Source: Christensenellaceae bacterium | GTDB lineage: Bacteria; Bacillota; Clostridia; Christensenellales; Borkfalkiaceae | Assembly (NCBI GenBank): GCA_045530945.1 | Contig: JAZSDD010000077.1 | Coordinates: forward strand, 1 to 52,967 | Direction of reading: 5' to 3' | DNA length: 52,967 bases | Part shown: positions 7,730 to 16,017 of the stretch, in pieces | Layout: every line of letters begins with the position of its first letter | Numbering within the stretch: position 1 is the first letter of the stretch | Made by a program: the position numbers and the translations under genes | Notes under the pieces: generated by a model | The model's input: the letters and a program-made list of their open reading frames with translations, nothing else | Databases searched by the model: none | Told to the model about the DNA's origin: nothing

Positions 7730-8251
7730 TTACGCTTTCTTTTCTGCTATTGCGTTAAGCGCAATAACAAGACTTCTCGGCATAGCCGAAAGAACGCCAA
7801 CGAAGTTTGAAATAGGTGCTTGTAATGAACCGAGCATTTTTGCAATAAGTTCTTCCTTGCTGGGCATTGATGCAAGTTCTTTAACGCCTGCTTCTAATAC
7901 CTTTCCTCCGTCTACGTACGCACTCTTTACGCTAACCTTTTCGTTATATTTTTTAACGGCTTCCATGATAACCTTTGCAGCACCCGTTTCATCTGCACCG
8001 AATGCAACTGAGGTTGGGCCGTTAAGATCTTCGTCGAAATCGCTAATTCCAAGGTCGTTAAACGCACGTCTTACGAGAGTGTTTTTCAAAACTTTGTATT
8101 CAACGTTGTTTTTTCTAAATTCTCTTCTAAGTTCGGTGTCTTCTGCAACGGTTAATCCGCTGAACTTAACTAATACTACAGACTTAGAATCTTGAATTTT
8201 TTGTTTAATCTCTTCTACTACTACTTTCTTTGCCTCTTGATTTGCTGACAT
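7730..8251 (-). CDS. rplJ: 50S ribosomal protein L10
   Basis: The size and the conserved stretch VVLVKFSGLTVAEDTELRREFRKNNVEYKVLKNTL fit L10. It lies immediately upstream of rplL. Confidence 0.9.
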   Translation of the reverse strand: MSANQEAKKVVVEEIKQKIQDSKSVVLVKFSGLTVAEDTELRREFRKNNVEYKVLKNTLVRRAFNDLGISDFDEDLNGPTSVAFGADETGAAKVIMEAVKKYNEKVSVKSAYVDGGKVLEAGVKELASMPSKEELIAKMLGSLQAPISNFVGVLSAMPRSLVIALNAIAEKKA

Positions 8252-8435
8252 TTTGCTACCTCCTTTTAAGAATTAAAATGCCCTCGTACACCAAAACGGA
8301 ATACAAGGGCACAATAAACGTAGCCTTTAATATTTCGCCTCGGTTGGTTTTACCTTGCGGTAAATTAACACCTACTGTCTTGGGCTATTAAGTTTTTATC
8401 GAATTGATTATATCACCCAAAGATGATATTGTCAA
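8252..8435 (-). promoter_or_regulatory. rplJ promoter plus L10-leader-like attenuator region
   Basis: On the minus strand there is TTGACA (8430-8435), a 17-nt spacer and TATAAT (8407-8412). A leader of about 150 nt follows and ends in the hairpin GCCCTTGTA...TACGAGGGC followed by attttaatt, then the AAGGAGG SD. This layout matches the autoregulatory L10 leader of Firmicutes. I did not verify covariation. Confidence 0.5.
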
Positions 8436-9122
8436 CTAAATTTTAGCGTTAATTTTTACGCCGGGACCCATAGTGCTTGCAAGTGATACGCTCTTAATGT
8501 AAGTACCTTTTGCAGCAGCGGGTTTTGCTTTAACGATTGCTTCCATAAGTGCTTGGTAGTTTTCTTTGATTTTTTCTTCGCCGAAACTCTTTTTACCAAT
8601 GGGGCAGTGGATAATAGCAGTTTTGTCAAGTCTATATTCTACCTTACCTGCTTTAGTATCCTTGATTGCCTTTGCAACGTCCATAGTAACAGTACCTGAT
8701 TTGGGGTTAGGCATTAAGCCTTTAGGTCCTAAGATCTTACCGATACGACCAACCAAACCCATCATGTCGGGAGTGGTGATAATTACGTCGTAATCAAACC
8801 AGTTTTCCGTTTGAATTTTTTGAATCATTTCTTCTGCACCAACGAAGTCTGCACCGGCAGCCTTTGCTTGGTCAGCCTTTTCACCCTTAGCAAGAACTAA
8901 AACTTTAACGTCTTTACCAGTTCCGTTAGGAAGAACGATAACGCCTCTAACTTGTTGGTCTGCTTGCTTGGGGTCAACACCCAAACGAACGTGAAGTTCT
9001 ATAGTTTCATCAAACTTTGCTTTTGCAGTTTCTAAAACGGTTTTAACCGCTTCATCAACTTCGTAAAGTTTGTTGCTTTCGATAGCCTTTGCGCTGTCAA
9101 TATATTTTTTTCCGTGTTTCAT
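8436..9122 (-). CDS. rplA: 50S ribosomal protein L1
   Basis: The protein begins MKHGKKY and contains [28 protein letters not shown] and a canonical L1 C-terminus. Confidence 0.95.
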   Translation of the reverse strand: MKHGKKYIDSAKAIESNKLYEVDEAVKTVLETAKAKFDETIELHVRLGVDPKQADQQVRGVIVLPNGTGKDVKVLVLAKGEKADQAKAAGADFVGAEEMIQKIQTENWFDYDVIITTPDMMGLVGRIGKILGPKGLMPNPKSGTVTMDVAKAIKDTKAGKVEYRLDKTAIIHCPIGKKSFGEEKIKENYQALMEAIVKAKPAAAKGTYIKSVSLASTMGPGVKINAKI

Positions 9123-9172
9123 TTAATTTACCTCCTGTGGTACGTGCGGGGTTACCCCCTCCCACTTCTATA

Positions 9173-9598
9173 CTAATCTACTACTTCTACACCCATACTT
9201 CTTGCAGTGCCTGCAATCATGCTCATAGCACTTTCTAAAGTATTTGCGTTAAGGTCTGGCATTTTTAATTTTGCAATTTCTTCTACCTGAGCCTTGGTAA
9301 TCTTTGCAACCTTGGTCTTGTTAGGAGCAGCACTTGCACTTTCAATACCACAAGCCTTCTTGATAAGAACGGGTGCTGGTGGGGTTTTCAAAACGAAAGT
9401 GAAAGAACGGTCCTGATAAATGGTCATAACAACCGGTATAATAAGGCCTGCCTGATCCTGAGTTTTAGCATTGAATTCCTTGGTAAATCCGGGAATATTA
9501 ATTCCGTGTGGACCTAAGGTTGAACCAACGGGTGGACCGGGGGTTGCCTTGCCTGCGGGCAATTGAAGTTTTACGATCGCAGTAACTTTCTTAGCCAT
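9173..9598 (-). CDS. rplK: 50S ribosomal protein L11
   Basis: The protein begins [35 protein letters not shown]. The start was trimmed to the ATG at 9596-9598. Confidence 0.95.
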   Translation of the reverse strand: MAKKVTAIVKLQLPAGKATPGPPVGSTLGPHGINIPGFTKEFNAKTQDQAGLIIPVVMTIYQDRSFTFVLKTPPAPVLIKKACGIESASAAPNKTKVAKITKAQVEEIAKLKMPDLNANTLESAMSMIAGTARSMGVEVVD

Positions 9599-9704
9599 AA
9601 TAAATTCCTCCATAAGTGGTAATACCGTTGCGCCAGTGTAAAAATTTAACCGCAACTCCCACTGTTTATACTTTCGGCTTTTGCCGTTTAGTAACTAAAT
9701 ATTT

Positions 9705-10256
9705 TTAATTTTCGGTTTCTTCTACCGAATTACCTATTTTCTTAACTTGAACGAAGTCTACCTCAACGTCCGTTGCTCTACCGAACATTTCCACGTTAAC
9801 CTTTGCTTTTTGCGCTTGCTCGTTAACGGATAAAACCTTTCCTGCAAAGCCTTCTAACGGACCGTTAAGAATAGTAACGGTGTCACCAACAACGAAGTCA
9901 ACCTCACCCTTGTACGTTTCAAGACCGTTTCTCTCAACCTCTTCTTGAGTTAAAGGAAGTGGTCTACCTTGAGGGCCAACGAATCCCGTTACGCCACGAG
10001 TGTTGGTAACCAAATACCATATATCGTTTGAATAAATCATTTTTAAGAAAACGTAGCAAGGAAACTTTCTTCTTTCAACTATCTTTTTCTTGCCGTTAGC
10101 CTTTTCTTCTAAGGTTTCTTCGGTAGGAATTTGAATTTCAAAGATGTTTTCTTGTAGGTTATTGTTTTCAATAAGTTTTTCCAAACTGTCTTTCACCATT
10201 GCTTCGTAACCGGAGTATGTGTGAATAACGTACCATCTTGCCTGTTCTACCGACAT
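9705..10256 (-). CDS. nusG: Transcription termination/antitermination factor NusG
   Basis: It has the RWYVIHTYSGYE N-terminus and the KOW region GDTVTILNGPLEGFAGKV, and is flanked by secE and rplK. Confidence 0.95.
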   Translation of the reverse strand: MSVEQARWYVIHTYSGYEAMVKDSLEKLIENNNLQENIFEIQIPTEETLEEKANGKKKIVERRKFPCYVFLKMIYSNDIWYLVTNTRGVTGFVGPQGRPLPLTQEEVERNGLETYKGEVDFVVGDTVTILNGPLEGFAGKVLSVNEQAQKAKVNVEMFGRATDVEVDFVQVKKIGNSVEETEN

Positions 10257-10258
10257 TT

Positions 10259-10567
10259 TTATTTGCCCCCGAAATTACCGTTGAAGAGCCTTACGAGCTC
10301 GGTAAGCCCCGTGTCGAAAGCAGTGATAACGATAAGGAAAATTAAAACGACAACCAAAACCACGCAAGTTTGTTTTACAACCTTGCCAAAAGTGGGCCAC
10401 GAAACTTTTTTAAGTTCCGAGAATACGTCCTTAATCTTAGTGCCCAATCTCTTAAAGAAACCGGGTTTATCGCTCTTTTTCTTTGCTTTTTTTACGTTGT
10501 TTTGCTGTTTAGCGTTTTCACTGTTTTCAGCGAAATTGCCAAGTGCAGCGTTAGTCTTTTTTGCCAT
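10259..10567 (-). CDS. secE: Preprotein translocase subunit SecE (with a Lys-rich N-terminal extension)
   Basis: The C-terminal block VFSELKKVSWPTFGKVVKQTCVVLVVVLIFLIVITAFD fits SecE, as does the position between rpmG and nusG. Confidence 0.85.
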   Translation of the reverse strand: MAKKTNAALGNFAENSENAKQQNNVKKAKKKSDKPGFFKRLGTKIKDVFSELKKVSWPTFGKVVKQTCVVLVVVLIFLIVITAFDTGLTELVRLFNGNFGGK

Positions 10568-10616
10568 AACTTAAACCTCTATTAAAATTCCCAATGGGAA
10601 TAAGGAAACAATAAAA

Positions 10617-10781
10617 TTATTTTGCTTCCTTGTGAGTGGTATGCTTTTTGCAGAATTTGCAATACTTTTGCATTTCAAGTCTTTCGGTATCGTTCTTTTT
10701 GTTTTTGAACGTATCGTAGTTTCTTTGTTTACATTCCGTGCAAGTTAAAGTTATTTTATTTCTGTTGCCCTTTGCAGCCAT
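10617..10781 (-). CDS. rpmG: 50S ribosomal protein L33
   Basis: The protein [54 protein letters not shown] has the four-Cys zinc ribbon. The start was trimmed to 10781. Confidence 0.9.
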   Translation of the reverse strand: MAAKGNRNKITLTCTECKQRNYDTFKNKKNDTERLEMQKYCKFCKKHTTHKEAK

Positions 10782-10836
10782 AATAGCACCTTCCGAACAT
10801 GAAAAAATTAACACCCCGAATTCGAAGTGCTAATGT

Positions 10837-10865
10837 ATTTTATCAAATAAAGCAACTTATGTCAA
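10837..10865 (-). promoter_or_regulatory. Sigma-A-like promoter for rpmG-secE-nusG
   Basis: On the minus strand: TTGACA (10860-10865), a 17-nt spacer, then TAAAAT (10837-10842). Confidence 0.45.
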
Positions 10866-10972
10866 GTTTTTTAAGGCTTTTTTTTAAGGTTTTAAACTAT
10901 TTTTATCAAGTTTTACGCCTGCTATACTTATTTAGTACTTCACCACGCAAAACCCCACCACATATTGTAATT

Positions 10973-11815
10973 TCACAATCCCACGTGCTTACTAATACAA
11001 GAGGATAATTCCCCTTTTTCCATTATTTTTTTGATTTTTTCTTGAGAAAGCGTGTAAACTTTCTTTTCGCCGTCGTACACGTCCACCTCGTTTATAGCGT
11101 CTACATCTAAAAGGGATAAAAGCCTTTTTACCGTTGCGCTTTTTTCTATTGCAATTTTCTTAACAACAACACCCTTTTTTAATTTTTTAACACTAACTCC
11201 GTTATATATCCTTATATATCCTGCCTCTTTATCGCTATTTAGCGCACCTGATAATATAAAAAGCGCAAAAAATAGCACGGAAAAGTTTACCGTTTTAAAT
11301 ATGGTTAAAATAAATAGCACAAAAAACAGTATCGCAAAAACGACTCCTAAAACCTTGCAAACCTTTTGCGCCTTTTCCCTACCTATTTTTAACGACAAGA
11401 AAGCAGATAAAACCCTACCTCCGTCTAAGGGATAGGCTGGCAAACAGTTGATAAGAGCCATTGATAGACAAGAAGAAACAGCCATGTCGGTGACGGCGTA
11501 GGTTTCAGGAAAAATCCACCACGACGCAATAAAAAAGAGGGCAACTAAAAGGTTTACCATCGGCCCTGCGATAGCAATGGAGATTTCATCTTTAAAATCC
11601 ATATCGGATAGGTCACCCGTAACCACTGCCCCAAAGGGCATAAGCGTAATTTTGTTTAGCCTGTACCCTTTTTCGCCAGCAACTAACGAATGTCCTAATT
11701 CGTGAACTACCGCCGTAACCGTGTAAACGATAAATATAAATATTCTACCCGTTAGAGCGTAATATAGCCCCAACGGATAGAACAATGGATGTATCCTTAA
11801 CTTTATACCGCCCAT
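10973..11815 (-). CDS. Site-2 (M50) intramembrane metalloprotease, SpoIVFB-like
   Basis: An HELGH zinc motif sits in a TM segment (VVHELGHSLVAGEKGY). The LDG motif (YPLDGGRV) is present. The body is polytopic with a soluble C-terminal domain. An M23-like gene lies upstream, as in spoIVFA-spoIVFB. Confidence 0.7.
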   Translation of the reverse strand: MGGIKLRIHPLFYPLGLYYALTGRIFIFIVYTVTAVVHELGHSLVAGEKGYRLNKITLMPFGAVVTGDLSDMDFKDEISIAIAGPMVNLLVALFFIASWWIFPETYAVTDMAVSSCLSMALINCLPAYPLDGGRVLSAFLSLKIGREKAQKVCKVLGVVFAILFFVLFILTIFKTVNFSVLFFALFILSGALNSDKEAGYIRIYNGVSVKKLKKGVVVKKIAIEKSATVKRLLSLLDVDAINEVDVYDGEKKVYTLSQEKIKKIMEKGELSSCISKHVGL

Positions 11816-12600
11816 ATAACGGTTCCGTCCACCACCTCGTAACCGGTTATAACCGCTCCGTCAACGCCTAAAAAACAAAGGCTGGTTTCAAAATCTTTCA
11901 TATATCCAACGGGAATATTAGAATAAACGCTATCCCCCTCTGCAGAATATAGATAAGTTAATCCCTCTATACGAGTGGAAAAGTTTTCACTGTGCGCAAT
12001 TTCCACGGTAAAACTTCCGTCGTCGTTAGTTTTCACCATTGAAACGACGCCGTCGCAAGGGGAATAAACGCTACCCTCGCCAGAAACGCTTAAAATTCCA
12101 CTATCAGATAAAGTTAATTCATCTTCAAAAGCCAACACGGGAACGAAAGAGTTAAACTCTCTCAAATCAGCCTCAACCGTTTGTGCGGGCGAGAATAAAC
12201 TTTTCATAAAAACGTTTATGCCACTGTTAGTGTTAACCACGTTAGTTACGGCAATAATGCCAACGAGCAAAACGACGATGGCAAGTTGAACGCTTATAAC
12301 GGAAAGTCTAAAAGGTTTTTTCTCCTTTTTGCTAACGGTCGCAAGAGAAGTCGTGTTTTCCTCAATTTCCCCTACTTGTGCTTGCGAATTTGAAGAAAGT
12401 TCTATTTGGTTTTCTTTTTCTTCCTCTAAAGACACAGACTCTGCATCTCTATTAACCTTATCCAAAAGTTCTTGTTTAACCGATTCGGGGCTTAAATCTT
12501 TTTTTCTTCTTACCTTTTTTTTCTTAATCGGTTTAACGGTAATACTGCTTGAACTAACGGGTAGTTCTAACATTGAAGCGTATTGTAATTTCTCGTTCAT
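11803..12600 (-). CDS. Membrane protein with a degenerate M23/LytM domain, SpoIVFA-like
   Basis: It has one TM segment (LSVISVQLAIVVLLVGIIAV). The C-terminus SPCDGVVSMVKTNDDGSFTVEIAHSENFSTRIEGL resembles the M23 core but lacks the HxH metal motif. It overlaps the M50 gene by 13 nt. Confidence 0.55.
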   Translation of the reverse strand: MNEKLQYASMLELPVSSSSITVKPIKKKKVRRKKDLSPESVKQELLDKVNRDAESVSLEEEKENQIELSSNSQAQVGEIEENTTSLATVSKKEKKPFRLSVISVQLAIVVLLVGIIAVTNVVNTNSGINVFMKSLFSPAQTVEADLREFNSFVPVLAFEDELTLSDSGILSVSGEGSVYSPCDGVVSMVKTNDDGSFTVEIAHSENFSTRIEGLTYLYSAEGDSVYSNIPVGYMKDFETSLCFLGVDGAVITGYEVVDGTVIWAV

Positions 12601-12737
12601 AATTTTTCTCCTTTTACTTTATCAGTAAAACTATATGAAAAAAAAATTAAAGGTATGCTCTTAAAAAGCACAAAACCTTATCGAATTATGTCACTTTTAA
12701 TTAAAGAGTAAAAAAATAAACACATATTTGATAATAT

Positions 12738-12779
12738 AAAAAAAGCAAGCCCTTAACCGCGTCACTCTTAGGGATTTTT
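12738..12779. repeat. Left arm of an imperfect 40-bp inverted repeat pair bracketing the 129-aa orphan gene
   Basis: The arm reads AAAAAAAGCAAGCCCTTAACCGCGTCACTCTTAGGGATTTTT. Its reverse complement matches 13425-13465 at 33 of 40 aligned positions by my hand alignment. Confidence 0.7.
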
Positions 12780-12790
12780 AAGACATTATA

Positions 12791-12818
12791 AAAGAGTAGC
12801 AAAATTTTGCTACTCTTT
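12791..12818 (-). terminator. Terminator of the 129-aa orphan gene (bidirectional hairpin)
   Basis: The hairpin is AAAGAGTAGCAAAATTTTGCTACTCTTT, with T-rich flanks on both strands. Confidence 0.65.
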
Positions 12819-12900
12819 ACTTTTTTGCATTGTAAAAACACACAACTTTCATTTGAAAGTATAGTGTGCTACACTTAAAATTTTTAACTAAACCAACTTT

Positions 12901-13290
12901 TTATTCCACAACTCTCCATTTCATAGATTTGGCAATAACATACGAACTTTTTTTCATTTCTTCTTCGTTGCTATATGTATCGTCAGACCATACAATCCAA
13001 TGTTTCTCATTGATTATAACGGTAGTATCTGTAATATCCTCCCATTGGCTATCTTTTATTTGCCACTCTAAAAGATTTTTAAATTCAATCTCTATAAGAG
13101 TATCGCAAATACTTGTAACTAATATTCGAAGAATTAACTTTGTTTCTTCAGGGTTAAAACTATATTCATCCCCTATTGAAGATATACCATTATTAAGGTA
13201 TTGAACACCAACAATATATCCATCGTGCAACGAATTTGTTCTATCAAGAAACATCTTTATATCTTTTTGAGTTTTTACCGAATTGAACAT
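12901..13290 (-). CDS. Hypothetical 129-aa cytoplasmic protein (orphan; immunity-protein-like composition, family not recognised)
   Basis: It is an isolated ORF with its own terminator and long AT-rich flanks. It has no signal peptide or TM segment and is acidic and Trp-rich (EWQIKDSQWEDITD, HWIVWSDD). Confidence 0.55.
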   Translation of the reverse strand: MFNSVKTQKDIKMFLDRTNSLHDGYIVGVQYLNNGISSIGDEYSFNPEETKLILRILVTSICDTLIEIEFKNLLEWQIKDSQWEDITDTTVIINEKHWIVWSDDTYSNEEEMKKSSYVIAKSMKWRVVE

Positions 13291-13373
13291 ATCTTTATTA
13301 TCTTTAAAACCTTGTCTACGAGTAAATTTATTATATCAAAAAAATTTGTATAACGCAATCGTTTTTGCGTGGG

Positions 13374-13408
13374 CAAACAAAAACTCGACTTTCCATAAGT
13401 CGAGTTTT
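13374..13408 (-). terminator. Terminator downstream of the apgM-type gene
   Basis: The hairpin is ACTCGACT-TTCCATA-AGTCGAGT, followed on the minus strand by tttttgtttg. Confidence 0.6.
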
Positions 13409-13424
13409 ATAGATTATTCAATTT

Positions 13425-13465
13425 AAATCCCTATGAGTGACACGCATATTCGCTTGCTTTTTTTT
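13425..13465. repeat. Right arm of the 40-bp inverted repeat pair
   Basis: The arm reads AAATCCCTATGAGTGACACGCATATTCGCTTGCTTTTTTTT. It is the inverted partner of 12738-12779 and starts 3 nt after the apgM-type stop codon. Confidence 0.7.
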
Positions 13466-13467
13466 AT

Positions 13468-14676
13468 TTATTTTTGCAAAAACTTTTTCATTAGCTCTTC
13501 GCCGTTTTCCATAAACACACCAGATTTTTTTGCATTTTCTTCCGTATAAGAGGGAGCGCCCTCTTTAACTTCGTTACTTCTATATAGTATATAAGGAACG
13601 GGGTCAATAGCGTGCGTCATGGTATTTAACGGCGTGGGATGGTCTGGCATGATAAGTAGAGAATAATCTTCTCCCAACTTATCTAACTCTTCAACTAAAT
13701 ACTTAACCACCTTGCCATCAATTTGCTCAATAGAGAAAATTTTATTGCATCCATCTCCGTGGTGTCCACACTCGTCTGGCGCTTCCATATGAATATAACA
13801 AAAATCAAAGCCCTTTTTTAAGGCGTTAAGACAAGCCTCTGCCTTACCCTTAAAATTAGTATCGTAATTTCCCGTTGCACCCTCAACCTCGATAACCTCC
13901 ATCCCTGAAAGTTTACCAATTCCTTTAAGCAAGTCAACGGCAGAAATCATTGCACCTTTCACGCCGTACTTTTGTTCGTAGTTTTCTAAATTAGGCTTAG
14001 TCCCCTCTCCCCAAAACCAAAGTGAGTTTGCGGGGTTTTTGCCCTCTTTAATTCTTTTTAAGTTTATAGGGTGTTCTTTTAATAGTTGATAAGATTTTTT
14101 CATCAACTCTAAATGCGAAAGCCCAACCTCGCTTTTTGGCAAATATTCTTTAATTTTTCTACCCGTAATATCGTGTGGAGGGGTAAAGTCCCCTGCAATC
14201 GTTCCGTTATCCACGACTAAACAGTGGCGATAACTAATGCCTGCGTAAAGTTTGATTTTATCACTATTAATATGCTTTGCAAGATATTCTATGAGAAGAG
14301 TAGCCTCCTTAGTGGAAATCTCCCCCGCAGAATAATCTATCATTGTTTTATCTTGATAATCTTCTTCGTTAGATAAAGTCACTAAGTTTGCCCTCAAAGT
14401 AACGTCAGTATCCTTTAAGGCAATACCTATGCTTGCCGCCTCTAAGGGCGACCTACCCGTGTAGCACTTTTCCACGTCATATCCTAATACGGAAAGATTA
14501 GCAACGTCTGACCCCGGTTTCATGCCAAAAGGAACGGTCCTACAAAGTCCTATTTCCGATTTTTTGCAAAGATTATCGATAATTTCTTTTTTTGCAACTT
14601 CAAGGGGCGTTTTATTATTAAGACTTTGTTGCGGATAGTCCGCCATCCCGTCCCCAAGAATTACTACGTATTTCAT
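13468..14676 (-). CDS. Cofactor-independent phosphoglycerate mutase family protein, ApgM type (the family also annotated as proposed homoserine kinase)
   Basis: The N-terminus MKYVVILGDGMADYP, the block HMEAPDECGHHGD and the motif MPDHPTP are hallmarks of the alkaline-phosphatase-superfamily ApgM group. Confidence 0.7.
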   Translation of the reverse strand: MKYVVILGDGMADYPQQSLNNKTPLEVAKKEIIDNLCKKSEIGLCRTVPFGMKPGSDVANLSVLGYDVEKCYTGRSPLEAASIGIALKDTDVTLRANLVTLSNEEDYQDKTMIDYSAGEISTKEATLLIEYLAKHINSDKIKLYAGISYRHCLVVDNGTIAGDFTPPHDITGRKIKEYLPKSEVGLSHLELMKKSYQLLKEHPINLKRIKEGKNPANSLWFWGEGTKPNLENYEQKYGVKGAMISAVDLLKGIGKLSGMEVIEVEGATGNYDTNFKGKAEACLNALKKGFDFCYIHMEAPDECGHHGDGCNKIFSIEQIDGKVVKYLVEELDKLGEDYSLLIMPDHPTPLNTMTHAIDPVPYILYRSNEVKEGAPSYTEENAKKSGVFMENGEELMKKFLQK

Positions 14677-15341
14677 AAATCACTCCAATCAATAGGCGTT
14701 TTGCCAATTTTTTTCAAATATTCGTTTGCTAAATTAAAATGTCCACACCCAAAAAATCCGTTATACGCAGAAAGCGGACTCGGATGCACCGTTTCAAGTA
14801 TTAAATGCTTGTTTTTATCTATTAACGTTTTCTTGCTCCTTGCGTTTGCGCCCCAAAGCAAGAAAACTACCCCCTCTTTTTCCTCGGATATTTTTTTAAT
14901 AACTCCGTCGGTAAACTCTTCCCAACCTTTGCCTTTATGAGAGTTTGCCAAGTGTTCTCTCACCGTTAAAACGGTGTTTAATAATAAAACGCCTTGCCTT
15001 GCCCATCCCCTAAGGTCACCGTGCGAAGGCATTTTATTGCCCGTTTCACTTTCTATTTCTTTATATATGTTTACAAGAGATGGTGGAATTTTCTCCCCCT
15101 TAGGAACGGAAAACGCAAGCCCCATTGCTTGCCCCCTTTCGTGATAAGGGTCTTGCCCTAAGATAACCACTTTAATATCTTTTAACGCAGTTAACTTTAA
15201 GCCGTTAAAGATATTATACATATCGGGATATACGGTGTGACTACTGTATTCTGCTTTTAGAAATTCCCTAAGGTTTTTATAGGTGGGTGAATTAAATTGC
15301 TCAAAAAGAGTTTTATCCCACTCAAAAGTTATTTTATCCAT
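14673..15341 (-). CDS. ung: Uracil-DNA glycosylase (family 1)
   Basis: Motifs VVILGQDPYH, GVLLLNTVLTV and HPSPLS are present. It overlaps the upstream gene by 4 nt. Confidence 0.9.
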   Translation of the reverse strand: MDKITFEWDKTLFEQFNSPTYKNLREFLKAEYSSHTVYPDMYNIFNGLKLTALKDIKVVILGQDPYHERGQAMGLAFSVPKGEKIPPSLVNIYKEIESETGNKMPSHGDLRGWARQGVLLLNTVLTVREHLANSHKGKGWEEFTDGVIKKISEEKEGVVFLLWGANARSKKTLIDKNKHLILETVHPSPLSAYNGFFGCGHFNLANEYLKKIGKTPIDWSDL

Positions 15342-15409
15342 TAAGAATATTATATCATTTTAAATTGACAAAATCAATATATTTTTATATACTACACTTA
15401 GGTATTATT

Positions 15410-15970
15410 ATGGATATTTTATATATTATTTTTATTGGCGTTGCCCTTTCAATGGACGCTTTTGCAATTACCATTGCAAACTGCACTGAATACGGAAACA
15501 CTCTCACTAAAAAACAAGAATGGCTTATGCCAACAATGTTTGCCATATTTCAAGGCGTTATGCCTTTGATAGGCTATTTAATAGGTTCTCTATTTTATCA
15601 GTATATAGGCGCATACAGAAAGTATTTAACCTCTGCAATATTCTTCGTGCTTGGCTTTAAAATGATTATTGACATAGTTAAAGAGAAAAATGAAAAGGAT
15701 AAGGAAGAGAAAAAGGTTAAAAAGTTTAGCGTAGGGTTAGTAATTATACAAGCGCTTGCAACAAGCCTCGATGCGTTAGTGGTTGGCATTACTCTTAATA
15801 AATACACCACACCCTTTTATTTTTCCGTTATAATCATTGCAGTAGTTACCTTTGGCCTTGTAGCGCTTGCTCTAATACTTGGAAAATCTCTCGGCAAACT
15901 TTTAGGAAAATATTCATCCTACGTTGCAACCTTTATAATTTTAGCATTAGCAATTATAAATTTGTTCTAA
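15410..15970 (+). CDS. mntP: Manganese efflux pump MntP
   Basis: There are two DUF204-type repeats, each with SMDAF / SLDAL at the start of a TM segment (VALSMDAFAITIA and LATSLDALVVGIT). The start was trimmed to the ATG at 15410. Confidence 0.8.
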   Translation: MDILYIIFIGVALSMDAFAITIANCTEYGNTLTKKQEWLMPTMFAIFQGVMPLIGYLIGSLFYQYIGAYRKYLTSAIFFVLGFKMIIDIVKEKNEKDKEEKKVKKFSVGLVIIQALATSLDALVVGITLNKYTTPFYFSVIIIAVVTFGLVALALILGKSLGKLLGKYSSYVATFIILALAIINLF

Positions 15971-15981
15971 GAAATAAAAAA

Positions 15982-16010
15982 ATCGGCTTTGCAAATAAAG
16001 CAAAACCGAT
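15982..16010. terminator. Bidirectional terminator between the convergent mntP and ddl genes
   Basis: The hairpin is ATCGGCTTTGC-AAATAA-GCAAAACCGAT, with an A-run upstream and a T-run downstream. Confidence 0.6.
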
Positions 16011-16017
16011 TTTTTAT

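Noticed and set aside
7180-8195. ORFs 7180..7419 (-), 7329..7658 (+) and 7659..8195 (+) overlapping rplL/rplJ
   Set aside because: They overlap highly conserved ribosomal protein genes or the rplL terminator in other frames or strands. The products are low-complexity (K-rich or A/S-rich) artefacts.
10799-11008. A 69-aa plus-strand ORF in the rpmG upstream region
   Set aside because: It covers the predicted rpmG promoter and overlaps the 3-prime end of the M50 protease gene. I see no SD.
12866-13204. A 112-aa plus-strand ORF antisense to the 129-aa orphan gene
   Set aside because: Its composition is hydrophobic, Ser/Leu/Ile-rich and typical of an antisense frame. The minus-strand ORF has a downstream terminator and balanced composition.
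15342-15409. Expected yybP-ykoY manganese riboswitch upstream of mntP
   Set aside because: The intergenic region is only 68 nt and lacks the conserved four-helix junction sequences, so I make no riboswitch call.
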